Counted from the stretch's first letter, positions 1-10,350 are shown. The stretch: 64,000 nt of DNA from an uncultured Chryseobacterium sp. (GCA_964457245.1 CAYWET010000008.1:30270-94269); one strand, 5' to 3'. Notes: generated from the letters alone by a model not told the origin. Translations and numbers: made by a program.

Positions 1-1
1 G

Positions 2-241
2 GCATTCATTGACCCGAAGCGTATGGCAGCAATTCATTACACGGTTCTAGATCAGAATGGAAAAGAATTGACTGGCGGATTGGCAAGCAAACATTTCGCT
101 GGAACGGAAAGCCGCCTCAATTACATCATCGGAAGTACGTTTTACGCACTATCTGCCGAAGTGCTGGGCAAACTCGTTGAGAAAGAAAAAGAAGACGAGG
201 AAAAGGGCGAGAAGAATCGAAAGTCTAAGACTGAAAAGTAA
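2..241 (+). CDS. Hypothetical protein, 3' end only (truncated by window start)
   Basis: Frame is open from base 2 (AFIDPKRMAAIH...) to TAA at 239-241, with a charged C-terminal tail. No family recognised. Confidence 0.65.
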   Translation, partial: AFIDPKRMAAIHYTVLDQNGKELTGGLASKHFAGTESRLNYIIGSTFYALSAEVLGKLVEKEKEDEEKGEKNRKSKTEK

Positions 242-243
242 AC

Positions 244-324
244 CGTCATTGCGAGGACGCAGTCCGAAGCAATCTCTTGGAGACTGATTAAGATTGCCGC
301 GCTCGTTCCTCGCTCGCAATGACG
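244..324. repeat. Palindromic intergenic element (RPE/REP-like GTCATTGCGAG...CTCGCAATGAC)
   Basis: Perfect 12-bp terminal inverted repeat CGTCATTGCGAG/CTCGCAATGACG with an inner GCAATCT/AGATTGC stem, lying between convergent genes. A related copy is at 4341-4407. Confidence 0.8.
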
Positions 325-329
325 CCAAC

Positions 330-953
330 TTACGGCACAAGTACCGACCCCATAAGTATCAGCGTTCCGAGTACAAAACCTGCATAAACCTGTGGCGGTG
401 TGTGTGCGTTCAATCGCAAACGCGAATAGCCGACCAATCCACTGAGCAGAACTAGCGATATCACTAACGGAATGGCATCAATCTGATAGCGCAAAATCAA
501 TCCGATGATGGTGCCGACTATGCCACCCATTCCCAGCATATGAATGCTGATTTTCCATTTGAGGTTGATGGTAAAGGCAGCGGTAACTGAGAAAGCCGCG
601 CCCAAAACCAAGTTGGCAAAAAGGCTCGGCATTGGAGCTTTGGTGAAGAGATAAAATGTACTCATATGAAACACCAACACCGTCAGGAATGGCAACGACC
701 GCTCTTTGGCTGTATGCATGTGCAGCGATTCAATCAGTTTGGCTCGATAGAAGTAATAGAACACGCCCATTGGCAAAATCACCGTGTTCAGAATGGTGAC
801 GAAATAGATAAACTGTTTTACTTCTGGCGCTACGGCATAAGTGATGTATGTGTTGGCGTTGAAGATGATAATCAGCGAATACAGCGGCACAAAAATCGGC
901 TGGAAAATGATGGACAATGCCATCGCAAAATTCTGTTCAATTTCTCGGATCAT
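330..953 (-). CDS. Integral membrane protein, PAP2-superfamily-like
   Basis: About 6 hydrophobic segments; KISIH and SRLRLNAHT motifs resemble PAP2 C2/C3 motifs. Confidence 0.7.
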   Translation of the reverse strand: MIREIEQNFAMALSIIFQPIFVPLYSLIIIFNANTYITYAVAPEVKQFIYFVTILNTVILPMGVFYYFYRAKLIESLHMHTAKERSLPFLTVLVFHMSTFYLFTKAPMPSLFANLVLGAAFSVTAAFTINLKWKISIHMLGMGGIVGTIIGLILRYQIDAIPLVISLVLLSGLVGYSRLRLNAHTPPQVYAGFVLGTLILMGSVLVP

Positions 954-1759
954 AGCTTCAACTCATATTCATCTGCATCATCCAATGGTCGGAATTTGGC
1001 GCGGAAATCATCCAATTCCGTTTTGGACAACGCGACCGTTTTGATTGCTTCTTCCCCTTCTTTGAAAGAACAAAGAATCTCTCCTTTCGGGCTCACAACC
1101 AAAGAGCTTCCATCATACTCAATTCCTTTTGCGTCTGAGCCAACGCGATTCACGCCAACCACATAGCACTGATTTTCGTGGGCTCTTGCCACAAGCAGAC
1201 TTCGCCAAGCTGAAGACCGTGCCGCAGGCCAATTAGCTACATAAATTAGCAGGTCGTAGCGGTCTGACTTCAAGTTTCTGCTGAACACAGGAAACCGCAG
1301 ATCATAACACACCTGTGGCATCACACGCCAATCTTTCGGACCATCAATTAAAACTCGCTGTTTCCCTGCAGTGAAGAACTTGTCTTCCTCGGCAAAGCTG
1401 AAGCGATGCCGTTTATCATACCACGTGAAGCTGCGGTCGGGGTTTGCCCACAACATGCGGTTGTAGAACTTGCCTCCCGAACCTCCTGTTGTGCATTCTT
1501 CTCGCACAATAATGCTACCCGTAATTGTTGCTCCAAGTTCAGTTGACAGGTCTCGAACCCAAGCCACAGTTGGGCCATCCATAGGTTCAGCCAACTGACG
1601 AACGTTCATGGTAAAACCCGTGGTAAACATCTCTGGAAGAACAATCAGATTGGTCTGTCCTTTCAAAGGCCGAAGCTTTTCCTCCCAGAATTTGAGGTTG
1701 GCAGCTTTGTCTTCCCAAACCAAAGGCTGTTGACAAACGGTTACGCGCAAATTGCTCAT
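950..1759 (-). CDS. yafV: Omega-amidase, nitrilase superfamily (YafV-like)
   Basis: LPEMFTTGF, YDKRH and VCYDLRFP provide the Glu-Lys-Cys triad; coupled to a ybdL-like gene. Confidence 0.9.
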   Translation of the reverse strand: MSNLRVTVCQQPLVWEDKAANLKFWEEKLRPLKGQTNLIVLPEMFTTGFTMNVRQLAEPMDGPTVAWVRDLSTELGATITGSIIVREECTTGGSGGKFYNRMLWANPDRSFTWYDKRHRFSFAEEDKFFTAGKQRVLIDGPKDWRVMPQVCYDLRFPVFSRNLKSDRYDLLIYVANWPAARSSAWRSLLVARAHENQCYVVGVNRVGSDAKGIEYDGSSLVVSPKGEILCSFKEGEEAIKTVALSKTELDDFRAKFRPLDDADEYELKL

Positions 1760-2910
1760 AGCTTAATGAGTTTTTCGGCTGCTTTCTCCAGCGTTTCATC
1801 CTCTTTCGCGAAGCAGAAACGCAAGAACTTGTCTGCGTTCTTCTCGTGGTAAAACACCGAAACCGGAATAGAAGCTACACCAACTTCCTTTGTCAATCGC
1901 ACTGCGTAGTCGGTGTCTTTTTCATCAGATATTTTTGAGTAATCCAATAACTGGAAATACGTTCCTTCTGATGGATGAATTTTGAAATTGGAACCTTCCA
2001 GCAACTTCAAAAACGTATTCCGCTTTTCTTGATAGAACGCGCCCAATTCGAGGTAATGTTCCTTTTCTTGAAGGAAATCGGCCAAGGCATATTGCGCTGG
2101 TGTATTCACGGAAAATACGTTGAATTGATGCACTTTTCGGAACTCGGACATTAGTTCTTTCGGTGCTAACACATGACCGATTTTCCAACCGGTATTATGG
2201 TAGGTTTTCCCGAAGGAACTCACCACAACGGAGCGCTCTGCCAACTTGGGGAAACGCGCTACGCTCTGGTGTTCCATTCCATCGAAAATGATGTGTTCAT
2301 AGACCTCATCGCTTAGGATGATGATATCTGTTCCATCGGTCAATTTCTGAAGTTTGAGCATGTCACCAGCATTCATCACACGACCAGAAGGATTATGTGG
2401 CGTGTTGATGATGATCATCCGCGTACGCTGATTGACCAGTTTCTTCACCTTTTCCCAATCTATCAACTCGCCAGAAAGGTTCATTTGCACATAAACTGGA
2501 ACGCCACCATGAACTTCAATGGCTGGCACGTAGCAATCGTATGCTGGCTCGAAAATGATGACCTCGTCTCCTTCGTTCACAAATGCAGAAATGGCCGTGT
2601 AAATGGCCTGTGTGGCGCCAGCTGTAATATTGATCTGGGTGTCAGGGTCATATTTGGCTGAATAAAGTTCTTCCACTTTTTCCGCCAATCGCTCGCGTAA
2701 AATGGGCGCGCCTTGCATGGGCGAATACTGATTCAACCCCTTCTTCATGTACGAATGGGTGAGTTCTACCAATCGTTCAGGAATGGAAAAATCAGGAAAC
2801 CCTTGCGAAAGATTTACCGCACCGGTTTCGCGCGCCAGACCGCTCATCACCGTGAAAATGGTTGTGCCAACCTTAGGTAATTTGGAATGTATGGACCCTG
2901 GAAATTTCAT
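1756..2910 (-). CDS. ybdL: Methionine aminotransferase (PLP class I, YbdL-like)
   Basis: SKLPKVGTTIFTVMS, NLSQGFPDF, NTPHNPSG, DEVYEH and SSFGKTYHNTGWKIG. ATG at 2910 preferred over the 2970 start. Confidence 0.92.
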   Translation of the reverse strand: MKFPGSIHSKLPKVGTTIFTVMSGLARETGAVNLSQGFPDFSIPERLVELTHSYMKKGLNQYSPMQGAPILRERLAEKVEELYSAKYDPDTQINITAGATQAIYTAISAFVNEGDEVIIFEPAYDCYVPAIEVHGGVPVYVQMNLSGELIDWEKVKKLVNQRTRMIIINTPHNPSGRVMNAGDMLKLQKLTDGTDIIILSDEVYEHIIFDGMEHQSVARFPKLAERSVVVSSFGKTYHNTGWKIGHVLAPKELMSEFRKVHQFNVFSVNTPAQYALADFLQEKEHYLELGAFYQEKRNTFLKLLEGSNFKIHPSEGTYFQLLDYSKISDEKDTDYAVRLTKEVGVASIPVSVFYHEKNADKFLRFCFAKEDETLEKAAEKLIKL

Positions 2911-2970
2911 TGTGGACGAAGATAGAGTTTCGTCATGTTTCAAAACTTGGTTAATCCGTTCAGATAGCAA

Positions 2971-2978
2971 TACCTTTG
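2971..2978 (+). promoter_or_regulatory. Bacteroidetes -7 promoter element for trkA
   Basis: TACCTTTG matches TAnnTTTG, 15 bp upstream of the trkA ATG. Confidence 0.6.
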
Positions 2979-2993
2979 TGGCACTTATAGCCC

Positions 2994-4331
2994 ATGAGAG
3001 TAATCATTGCAGGAGCGGGAGATGTGGGGTTTCACCTTGCCAAGCTTCTTGTTCAGGAAGATCAGGACATTGCGCTGATCGATACCGATGCCGACAAGCT
3101 CAAGTACGCGGCAGAGCATTTGGACATCGCCACCATTCGGGGAAATTCCATTTCATATACCGTTTTGGAGGAAGCCAATGTTACCAAGGCCGATTTGCTG
3201 ATTGCGGCCACGAGTTCGGAAGAGGCGAATATTTCCACGTGCATCATTGGAAAGCATTTGGGTGCTAAGCGAACCATTGCGCGAGTTCGCAACACAGAAT
3301 TTCTTCTTAGGCGCGAAAAACTCGACCTGGAAACATTGGGCATTGACGAGATCATCAGCACGGAAACGTTGGCTGCGCGAGAGATCAAGCGTTTGCTGAA
3401 AGAAGTGGCGTTTACAGACTCGTTTGAGTTTGATAGAGGGCTTTTGAACTTGGCTGGAATTTCCATTGAAGAGGAAAGCCCGTTGGCTGGAAAAACGGTT
3501 TCTGAAGCGGCTTATCTCAATCCCGATAATAACTTTTTGACGGTTGCGATTCTACGCAAGAATGAAACCATTATTCCGCGTGGCGATGTGCATTTCCATG
3601 TTGGCGACCACGTGTATTTCATCGCGCAGCGAGACGCCATGCACCACATTTTGGAGCTAAGCGGAAAAGAACGCAAGCGCATCAAGAATGTGATGATTCT
3701 TGGTGGTAATGAGGTTGGATTCCATACAGCCAAAAAGCTGAGTTTGAAATTCAATGTCAAGCTTGTTGAGGCAGACAAAGACCGCTGTTTCGAGCTGGCA
3801 GATAAACTGCAGGGCACCTTGGTAATTAACGGAGACGGTAGCGATGTAGAGCTTCTGGAAGAAGAAGGAATTGACCAAATGGATGCGTTCATTGCGGTTG
3901 ACGATAACTCCGAAACCAACATCATTTCATGCTTGGTGGCCAAGAATCATGGTGTGCGGAAAACCATTGCTTTGGTAGAGAACATGGAATACATCCACCT
4001 TTCGCAAGCCATTGGTGTGGACACGATGATTAACAAGAAACTCATTGCTGCCAACTTCATTTTCCGCTATGTGCGAAAAGGCGAAGTGGTGTCTTTGACC
4101 AGTTTGCACGGAGTAGATGCGGAGGTGGTGGAGTTCGAAGTGAAAGAAAATTCGCCTGTGGTTGGCAAGGTTCTGAAGGGAATCAACTTCCCGAAATCGG
4201 CCATTGTTGGAGGCGTTATTCGCAAAGGCAAAAGCTACACGCCAAATGGCGAGTTTGTTTTTGAGCCGCTGGATCACGTAGTGGTGGTAGCTCGGCCACA
4301 ATGCATACATAAAGTAGAAAGCTACTTTTGA
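2994..4331 (+). CDS. trkA: Trk K+ transporter NAD-binding subunit
   Basis: Tandem RCK N/C domains; IIAGAGDVG and MILGGNEVG Rossmann motifs; 445 aa. Confidence 0.95.
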   Translation: MRVIIAGAGDVGFHLAKLLVQEDQDIALIDTDADKLKYAAEHLDIATIRGNSISYTVLEEANVTKADLLIAATSSEEANISTCIIGKHLGAKRTIARVRNTEFLLRREKLDLETLGIDEIISTETLAAREIKRLLKEVAFTDSFEFDRGLLNLAGISIEEESPLAGKTVSEAAYLNPDNNFLTVAILRKNETIIPRGDVHFHVGDHVYFIAQRDAMHHILELSGKERKRIKNVMILGGNEVGFHTAKKLSLKFNVKLVEADKDRCFELADKLQGTLVINGDGSDVELLEEEGIDQMDAFIAVDDNSETNIISCLVAKNHGVRKTIALVENMEYIHLSQAIGVDTMINKKLIAANFIFRYVRKGEVVSLTSLHGVDAEVVEFEVKENSPVVGKVLKGINFPKSAIVGGVIRKGKSYTPNGEFVFEPLDHVVVVARPQCIHKVESYF

Positions 4332-4340
4332 TTTCAAGTC

Positions 4341-4407
4341 GTCATTACGAGGAAAGAATGACCGAAGTAATCTCTTCGAGGAGATTGCCGCTCTTCATTC
4401 GTAATGA
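4341..4407. repeat. Second, diverged copy of the palindromic element
   Basis: TCATTACGA...TCGTAATGA arms and an inner GTAATCTC/GAGATTGC stem, in the trkA-trkH spacer. Confidence 0.7.
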
Positions 4408-4425
4408 GGTGAATATTCGAACCAA

Positions 4426-5880
4426 ATGAACATCAATTTTCGGGGCATCTTTCATGTGTTGGGGCTGTTGCTTGGTTTCAATGCGTTGTTCATGGTGTTG
4501 TGCATTCCCGCATCAATCGTTTTCAATTTTGACGATGTGGTGCCGATGGGTTTCTCAGCCACGGCAACGGGGGGCTTTGGCCTCATGCTTTGGGCGTTGA
4601 CCCGATCGGAAGAAAAACCCAATATCCGCAAGCGAGAAGGTTTCCTGATTGTGACACTCGGCTGGTTGGTGATGGCGCTTTCTGGCACGCTTCCGTACAT
4701 TATGAGCGGGAGCGTGATCAGCTTTACAGATGCGTTTTTTGAAACAATGAGCGGTTACACCACAACGGGTGCGTCCGTCATCAACGACCTTGACGTTATT
4801 CCGCGCGATATTCTGCTTTGGCGCAGCATGACGCAATGGATCGGTGGCATGGGAATTATTGTGTTAGCCGTGGCCATTCTTCCAATGCTCGGAATTGGTG
4901 GCATGCAGCTTTTCGTGGCAGAATCGCCAGGATTGAAGCCCGATAAACTCGCCCCGAAAATCCGTGATACAGCCAAGCGACTTTGGTTGGTTTATGTTGG
5001 TTTGACGGCACTTGAATTGGTGCTTCTGAAGTTGGCTGGAATGAGTTGGTATGATTCCGTGAATCATGCGCTGACCACCATGGCAACGGGCGGTTTTTCC
5101 ACCTACAATTCGAGTGCTGCGGAATTCTCGCCACTCATTCAATACATCATTACCGCGTTCATGTTCTTGGCAGGAACCAGCTTTACGCTCACCTATTTCG
5201 GACTGACTGGTCAAGTGAAAAAAATGTTCCAGAATGAAGAGTTTCGGTTCTATGCTGGCATCATTGCGCTGGTATCTGCCGTTTCAACCATCATTGTTTT
5301 CAGCACCATGGATGGAAGCATGGAAAAGGCTTTTCGCGATTCCCTTTTCATGGTGGTTTCACTCATAACCTCTACGGGTTTTGTCTCTGCGGATTACACA
5401 AGTTGGACACCATTCCTGACCATCGTTTTCTTCATGTTGTTGTTTATTGGAGGTTCTGCGGGTTCAACTGCTGGAGGAGTAAAAGTGGTGCGACACATTA
5501 TTCTCTTTAAGAACAGTTTCCTTGAATTGAAGCGGCAACTGCATCCATCGGCAATCATTCCCGTACGGCTGAACAAACGTGCCATCGATCAATCGATTAC
5601 GTACAATGTGGTGGCCTTCATCATGATGTACATCCTGATTTTCGCTATTGGCGCAATTATCATGACAACGCTTGGAGTTGATTTCGATACGGCACTCGGT
5701 TCGGTGGCAACATCACTCGGAAATGTCGGGCCAGGGATTGGGGATGTTGGCCCTGTTAACAACTTCGCGTGGCTTTCCTCAGGTGCCAAATGGTTCTTGG
5801 CCGTTCTAATGCTCATCGGCCGATTGGAACTCTTTACGGTTCTCATTCTTTTCACTCCTTATTTTTGGAGGAAAGGATGA
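4426..5880 (+). CDS. trkH: Trk K+ uptake membrane protein
   Basis: FFETMSGYTTTGA, QWIGGMGII, ATGGFS, GGSAGSTAGG, LGNVGPG and GRLELFTV motifs. Confidence 0.95.
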   Translation: MNINFRGIFHVLGLLLGFNALFMVLCIPASIVFNFDDVVPMGFSATATGGFGLMLWALTRSEEKPNIRKREGFLIVTLGWLVMALSGTLPYIMSGSVISFTDAFFETMSGYTTTGASVINDLDVIPRDILLWRSMTQWIGGMGIIVLAVAILPMLGIGGMQLFVAESPGLKPDKLAPKIRDTAKRLWLVYVGLTALELVLLKLAGMSWYDSVNHALTTMATGGFSTYNSSAAEFSPLIQYIITAFMFLAGTSFTLTYFGLTGQVKKMFQNEEFRFYAGIIALVSAVSTIIVFSTMDGSMEKAFRDSLFMVVSLITSTGFVSADYTSWTPFLTIVFFMLLFIGGSAGSTAGGVKVVRHIILFKNSFLELKRQLHPSAIIPVRLNKRAIDQSITYNVVAFIMMYILIFAIGAIIMTTLGVDFDTALGSVATSLGNVGPGIGDVGPVNNFAWLSSGAKWFLAVLMLIGRLELFTVLILFTPYFWRKG

Positions 5881-6404
5881 TGAAATTCAAATCGAAATTG
5901 GACAAGGAGGAGAACTCCGATATCTACCATTGGTTCTTTCCTGTAAGCAATGAAATTGCCGAGCAGTTCATTGATGGAACTGACCGAAGAGTTGTCTGCA
6001 TCGTCAATTCAACCGTCAAATACCATTGTGCTATTCACAGTTTTGGCGTCAACGGTTACCGCATTATGCTTAATCGGGAGCGATGCAAAAAGTTAGGCCT
6101 AGTTCGAGGAGAAGAGATTCAAGTTGAACTAGAAAAAGACCGTTCCGAGTATGGTGTTCCTATCGGGGAAGAGCTTCGCGAAGTGCTCGACCAAAACCCT
6201 GATGCTGACCGTATATTTCATTCTTTCACGAAGGGAATGCAGCGCACGCTGATTTATTGGGTCAATAACGTCAAGAACCCAGACATCAGAATAAGAAGGG
6301 CACTTGTTATGACCGATCATATCGTTACTCAGAACGGAAAACCCGACTACAAACTGCTGAACGTGGAGATCAAAGCGGCCAATCAGGCGGCCAAACTCGG
6401 TTGA
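5877..6404 (+). CDS. DUF1905 / YdeI-OmpD-associated family protein
   Basis: N-terminal barrel-like part ending VELEKD, followed by EELREVLDQNPDADRIFHSFTKG...IYWVNNVK..IRIRR. ATG overlaps the trkH stop. Confidence 0.75.
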   Translation: MMKFKSKLDKEENSDIYHWFFPVSNEIAEQFIDGTDRRVVCIVNSTVKYHCAIHSFGVNGYRIMLNRERCKKLGLVRGEEIQVELEKDRSEYGVPIGEELREVLDQNPDADRIFHSFTKGMQRTLIYWVNNVKNPDIRIRRALVMTDHIVTQNGKPDYKLLNVEIKAANQAAKLG

Positions 6405-6423
6405 CCATCTATCTTTAACCGAA

Positions 6424-7323
6424 ATGCCGTTCGGACCATTCAAAAATATCAGTCACAAACTGTTGCAAAGAATCTTGCGAGAAGACCCGCAAGCGTTTCG
6501 AAAACGGTTATCGTGGAAGCACCTGAAGCTCATTGTGGAAGAGGTGATTTTCGGTGTGGAAACTCGCTGGGGCAAAACATTTGACGTGGTACTGCTTTGG
6601 GCGATTCTGATCAGTCTCATTGCCATCATGCTTGAAAGTATTCCAGCATTTCGAGAGCAACACGGCACATCGCTTTACATCATAGAATGGGCATTCACCG
6701 TCTTCTTCACGCTGGAATACGCTCTCAGACTTTGGTCTTCTGAAAAGCCAAAGGAATACGCTTTCAGCTTTCTTGGAGTAATTGATCTGTTGGCAATCGT
6801 CCCAACGTATTTGAGTTTGATTGTTGTTGGATCGCAGTTCTTGCTGGTTATCCGTGCCATTCGGCTGTTACGGGTTTTTAGAATTCTCAAACTCGTGCGC
6901 TACCTGAAAGGCGCGGAAATGCTTATTACCGCCATAAAAGCAAGCAGAGAAAAGGTGTTCGTGTTCTTAACTGCGGTGGTCACGTTGGCCGTCATTCTAG
7001 GCACGTTGATGTACATGGTAGAAGGTGGCGAAAACGGTTTCGATAGCATTCCGCGTAGTATTTATTGGGCCATTGTAACGCTCACAACTGTTGGTTACGG
7101 AGACATTGCACCAGGCACAACAGTTGGTCAATTTTTGGCCGCTCTCATCATGATTTTAGGTTACAGCATTATTGCTGTTCCAACGGGAATTGTAAGCGTG
7201 GAGGTGGCAAAGGCGAGCAAAGAAAAACCTGAAGTTGAATGTTCGCGGTGTGGCGAAACGGAACACATTTCGGATGCACGTTTCTGTCATAAATGCGGTG
7301 AAAAGCTCCTTACAAACGAATGA
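6424..7323 (+). CDS. Voltage-gated-type K+ channel (ion transporter, Kch-like)
   Basis: S4-like RAIRLLRVFRILK, selectivity filter TTVGYGD and a C-terminal CxxC...CxxC Zn ribbon. Confidence 0.92.
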   Translation: MPFGPFKNISHKLLQRILREDPQAFRKRLSWKHLKLIVEEVIFGVETRWGKTFDVVLLWAILISLIAIMLESIPAFREQHGTSLYIIEWAFTVFFTLEYALRLWSSEKPKEYAFSFLGVIDLLAIVPTYLSLIVVGSQFLLVIRAIRLLRVFRILKLVRYLKGAEMLITAIKASREKVFVFLTAVVTLAVILGTLMYMVEGGENGFDSIPRSIYWAIVTLTTVGYGDIAPGTTVGQFLAALIMILGYSIIAVPTGIVSVEVAKASKEKPEVECSRCGETEHISDARFCHKCGEKLLTNE

Positions 7324-7913
7324 GACCTTTCACATTTTTCATTCTCCTTTTTTCCTTTTCTCTAATCGCGCAAGCGCAGAAACCAGAGCCGCTTTACATT
7401 GGAGATAAAGCACCCAATTTCGTTGCACTCGATCAATTTGAAAAGCGCGTTTCACTAAAGGAAAAATTGAAAGACGGTCCAGTCGTTGTTGTCTTCTACC
7501 GTGGACAATGGTGTCCGCATTGCAACAGGCACATGAGCAGTATTCAAGATTCGCTGCAAATGATCTTGGACGCTGGCGGTTCCGTCATTGCCATCACGCC
7601 AGAAAAGGGCGAAAAAATTGAGAAAACAGTGAAGAAAAGCGGTGCCGCTTTCAGCATTATTTATGATGAAAACCACGGCATTATGGATAAGTATAAGGTC
7701 ACTTTCAAACTCAGCGGCTGGAAACGATTCATTTATGGCCTTGGCGGAATCAACATCAATAAAGCAAGTGGAAACAAGGACAGCGCATTACCTGTTCCTG
7801 CAACTTACATCATCGCGCAAGATGGAACGATTTTCAGTTCACATTTCAATGAAGATTACTCTGAACGAATGCTGGTGAAAGACATGTTGGAGATTCTTTC
7901 GGAGATGCGATGA
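7320..7913 (+). CDS. AhpC/TSA (peroxiredoxin-like) exported redoxin
   Basis: Signal peptide, GDKAPNF, FYRGQWCPHC and LPVPATYII. Confidence 0.88.
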   Translation: MRPFTFFILLFSFSLIAQAQKPEPLYIGDKAPNFVALDQFEKRVSLKEKLKDGPVVVVFYRGQWCPHCNRHMSSIQDSLQMILDAGGSVIAITPEKGEKIEKTVKKSGAAFSIIYDENHGIMDKYKVTFKLSGWKRFIYGLGGININKASGNKDSALPVPATYIIAQDGTIFSSHFNEDYSERMLVKDMLEILSEMR

Positions 7914-10268
7914 TCAGAACTCGATCTTGTAACTGAGATTCGGAACTACCGTCCTTTCCGCAAACACCTCAACTTCGTCTGTTCGGTAATTGTAGCGATG
8001 GCCGAGATATTCCTTTGTGGCGGATGCGTTAATGACCTTGACGGCAACGGTGTGCGCTACCTTTTTGCCATTGAACGTAACGCCCAGATTGGCGTGTAGC
8101 AGATACACCAGCGGCTTGCGGTTAGAGAAGGCGCGTGTCTCATCATACACCACCTCTTGCGCGGCTATGGAAGCTGCTTCATCTACAGGAGAAATTCGGT
8201 CTCCGCCTTGCAACGTGAACTTCAAACTGGTGGAAACCCGATGTTGCTTGTGTTTCCCGAACGGCCACTCTTTTCCGCCCAGCAGATTGACCACAAAATT
8301 GGTGTTGTATCGGGTGTTGTACGTTTTGCCGTTGGCCGTGTATTCTGAATTGAAAACCGAACCCGAGAACAGATAGAAATACCCCTTTTTCAAGAAACGC
8401 TCAAAGGTGAGTTCCAAGCCGTAATTCTGCCCCGTTCCGTTATTGACCAGCGAATCGCGGAAGAACCAATCGTTATTCAGGTTAAGCAGCGCAAACGAAC
8501 CCGAAGTGCCAATCGGCAAATCGTAGAGATACTGGTAGTACGCCTCGGCCTTGAAACGCAAGGAAGGATTGATGCTCCAGTCGTACCCCAAAACCATGTG
8601 TTGCGCTTTAGAAAAACCAAGTTTTTTGTTCGGATAGATAGTGTTTCCACCAACCTGGTTCTGAATCATATAGAAATTCAGTTTTTCCAACTGTCCGTGT
8701 GTTCCGTAACCGAGACTCAAGGTGTGGTTGTCTGAAATGTTCCAAGCCATTCCGAGGCGCGGCTCAATGCTATACGTTTGGTTGAAATTGAAATACTGGC
8801 CGTGCAATCCCACATTTATCCTGAACCGCGGATGAACCCGAATCTGCGACTGAACGAAGGCCTGCGTATGGATTTCGCCACCTGTTTCTTCCACAACGGC
8901 TTGTAGGTTTTGACCTAATGTTGGTGCAACCGAAAAAGCCAGATCGTAGTTCAGATAATTGAGAATAACGCCCGCCCGTAAGGTGTGTTTGGCTCCAAAA
9001 CGATGGTTGACGCTAGATGAAAGCGTGTATTTCCATTGGTCATTTTTGATGGAAGAATACGGCTGTAGTGTAATGGTGCTATCCATACGTTCTTCGTCAA
9101 ACCGCACCAGATTTCCAGTAGTGGCAAACTGCGTTTTGATCAACGTTTTCTCCTTAACCGTTATCTGGTGGTTGATGCCAGCTGCACCCATTGCGGTAAA
9201 AACATCAGCTTCGCCTTTGTCTTGATCGTAGAACCATTTGGTCGAATCCGTTTCCGCTATCTGCCCCGAATTGTCCATCGACCCCAATCCCCAAACGGAG
9301 AATGTGCCTGCTTTCTGAGTTGGAAAGTTGACTTTGAACGAAACATCCTGATACGTGATTCCTGCCGCATCTTCTGGCAAAAGCGGAGTAAGCAATGCCA
9401 AGGTGCTGTAGCGATAATTGATAAGATATGTCGATTGCTTTCCCTTCTTGAACGGCCCTTCGGTGGACGCTTCAAGCCCATTGACACCGACCTCTGCCGT
9501 GTATTGCCGTTTCAGCGCATTGCCTTTTCGCACATTCAGGTCGAAAACACCTCCAAGCGCATTGCTGTACTCAGCAGGGAAAGCGCCTGTGTAGAAATCA
9601 GAATTATCGATCATGCGACTGCTCAGAGCCGAAAGTCCACCAGCGCCAAACGTTACCACATCGGCAAAATGGCTAGGATTGGGAATTTCCACACCTTCCA
9701 TTCGCCACAAAAGCGTGCGTGGCGAGTTACCACGAATGGCAATGCCATTGTTGCCAATGCCCCCAGCCACACCAGCGTATGATGTGGCCAAGCGTGCGGG
9801 GTCGTCAAATCCACCAGCATAGCGCGATGCTTCTTCTACATTGAATTTCCGCGCACTTACGGTCGACATAGAGTTTAGTGCTCTGTTCTTCGATTCTTTG
9901 GCCTGAACCACCACCTCGCCAAGTTCAGCGCTCGACTCCATCAGCTCAATGTTTACCTGCGTTTGTCTTCCTGTCGACACAAGAATTTCGCTCACAATTA
10001 TTGGGTCGTAACCGATAAAACTCGCCTGAATGGCCACACGGCCAATTGGCACATTCCGCAACACGAACCGTCCTGTGGTGTCGGTAATGGCTCCGATGGG
10101 CGGGTCGCTGTCAACCACCATCACGTTAGTGAACGGTAGCGGCTGTTTGGTAGAAACATCCAGCACCAGCCCTGTAACCGTTTGCGTGTAATCTTCTTGC
10201 GCCCAAGAGTTTTCGCTCAAAAATCCGAGCCAACACAACATCAATCCTAAAACACGTTTATCCAACAT
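7914..10268 (-). CDS. TonB-dependent receptor with N-terminal carboxypeptidase-regulatory-like domain
   Basis: Signal peptide, plug motif IRGNSP...EGVEIPNPSHF, DFYTGAFPAEY and C-terminal YKIEF. Confidence 0.92.
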   Translation of the reverse strand: MLDKRVLGLMLCWLGFLSENSWAQEDYTQTVTGLVLDVSTKQPLPFTNVMVVDSDPPIGAITDTTGRFVLRNVPIGRVAIQASFIGYDPIIVSEILVSTGRQTQVNIELMESSAELGEVVVQAKESKNRALNSMSTVSARKFNVEEASRYAGGFDDPARLATSYAGVAGGIGNNGIAIRGNSPRTLLWRMEGVEIPNPSHFADVVTFGAGGLSALSSRMIDNSDFYTGAFPAEYSNALGGVFDLNVRKGNALKRQYTAEVGVNGLEASTEGPFKKGKQSTYLINYRYSTLALLTPLLPEDAAGITYQDVSFKVNFPTQKAGTFSVWGLGSMDNSGQIAETDSTKWFYDQDKGEADVFTAMGAAGINHQITVKEKTLIKTQFATTGNLVRFDEERMDSTITLQPYSSIKNDQWKYTLSSSVNHRFGAKHTLRAGVILNYLNYDLAFSVAPTLGQNLQAVVEETGGEIHTQAFVQSQIRVHPRFRINVGLHGQYFNFNQTYSIEPRLGMAWNISDNHTLSLGYGTHGQLEKLNFYMIQNQVGGNTIYPNKKLGFSKAQHMVLGYDWSINPSLRFKAEAYYQYLYDLPIGTSGSFALLNLNNDWFFRDSLVNNGTGQNYGLELTFERFLKKGYFYLFSGSVFNSEYTANGKTYNTRYNTNFVVNLLGGKEWPFGKHKQHRVSTSLKFTLQGGDRISPVDEAASIAAQEVVYDETRAFSNRKPLVYLLHANLGVTFNGKKVAHTVAVKVINASATKEYLGHRYNYRTDEVEVFAERTVVPNLSYKIEF

Positions 10269-10288
10269 CTTCCGCCAGTTTGGGTTTA

Positions 10289-10296
10289 TACCTTTG
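10289..10296 (+). promoter_or_regulatory. Bacteroidetes -7 promoter element
   Basis: TACCTTTG upstream of the LuxR-family gene. Confidence 0.55.
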
Positions 10297-10350
10297 CAAA
10301 GGTGTCGGGCAGAGGCTTGGCGGTCAATACTGAATTGTCATTATTCGCGC

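Noticed and set aside
149-340. 63-aa ORF over the palindromic element, and the many other short overlapping ORFs in the track
   Set aside because: They are translations of the repeat or shadows of well-supported genes, with no motifs.
2994-7323. K+ transport cluster trkA-trkH-channel
   Set aside because: Ordinary housekeeping arrangement.
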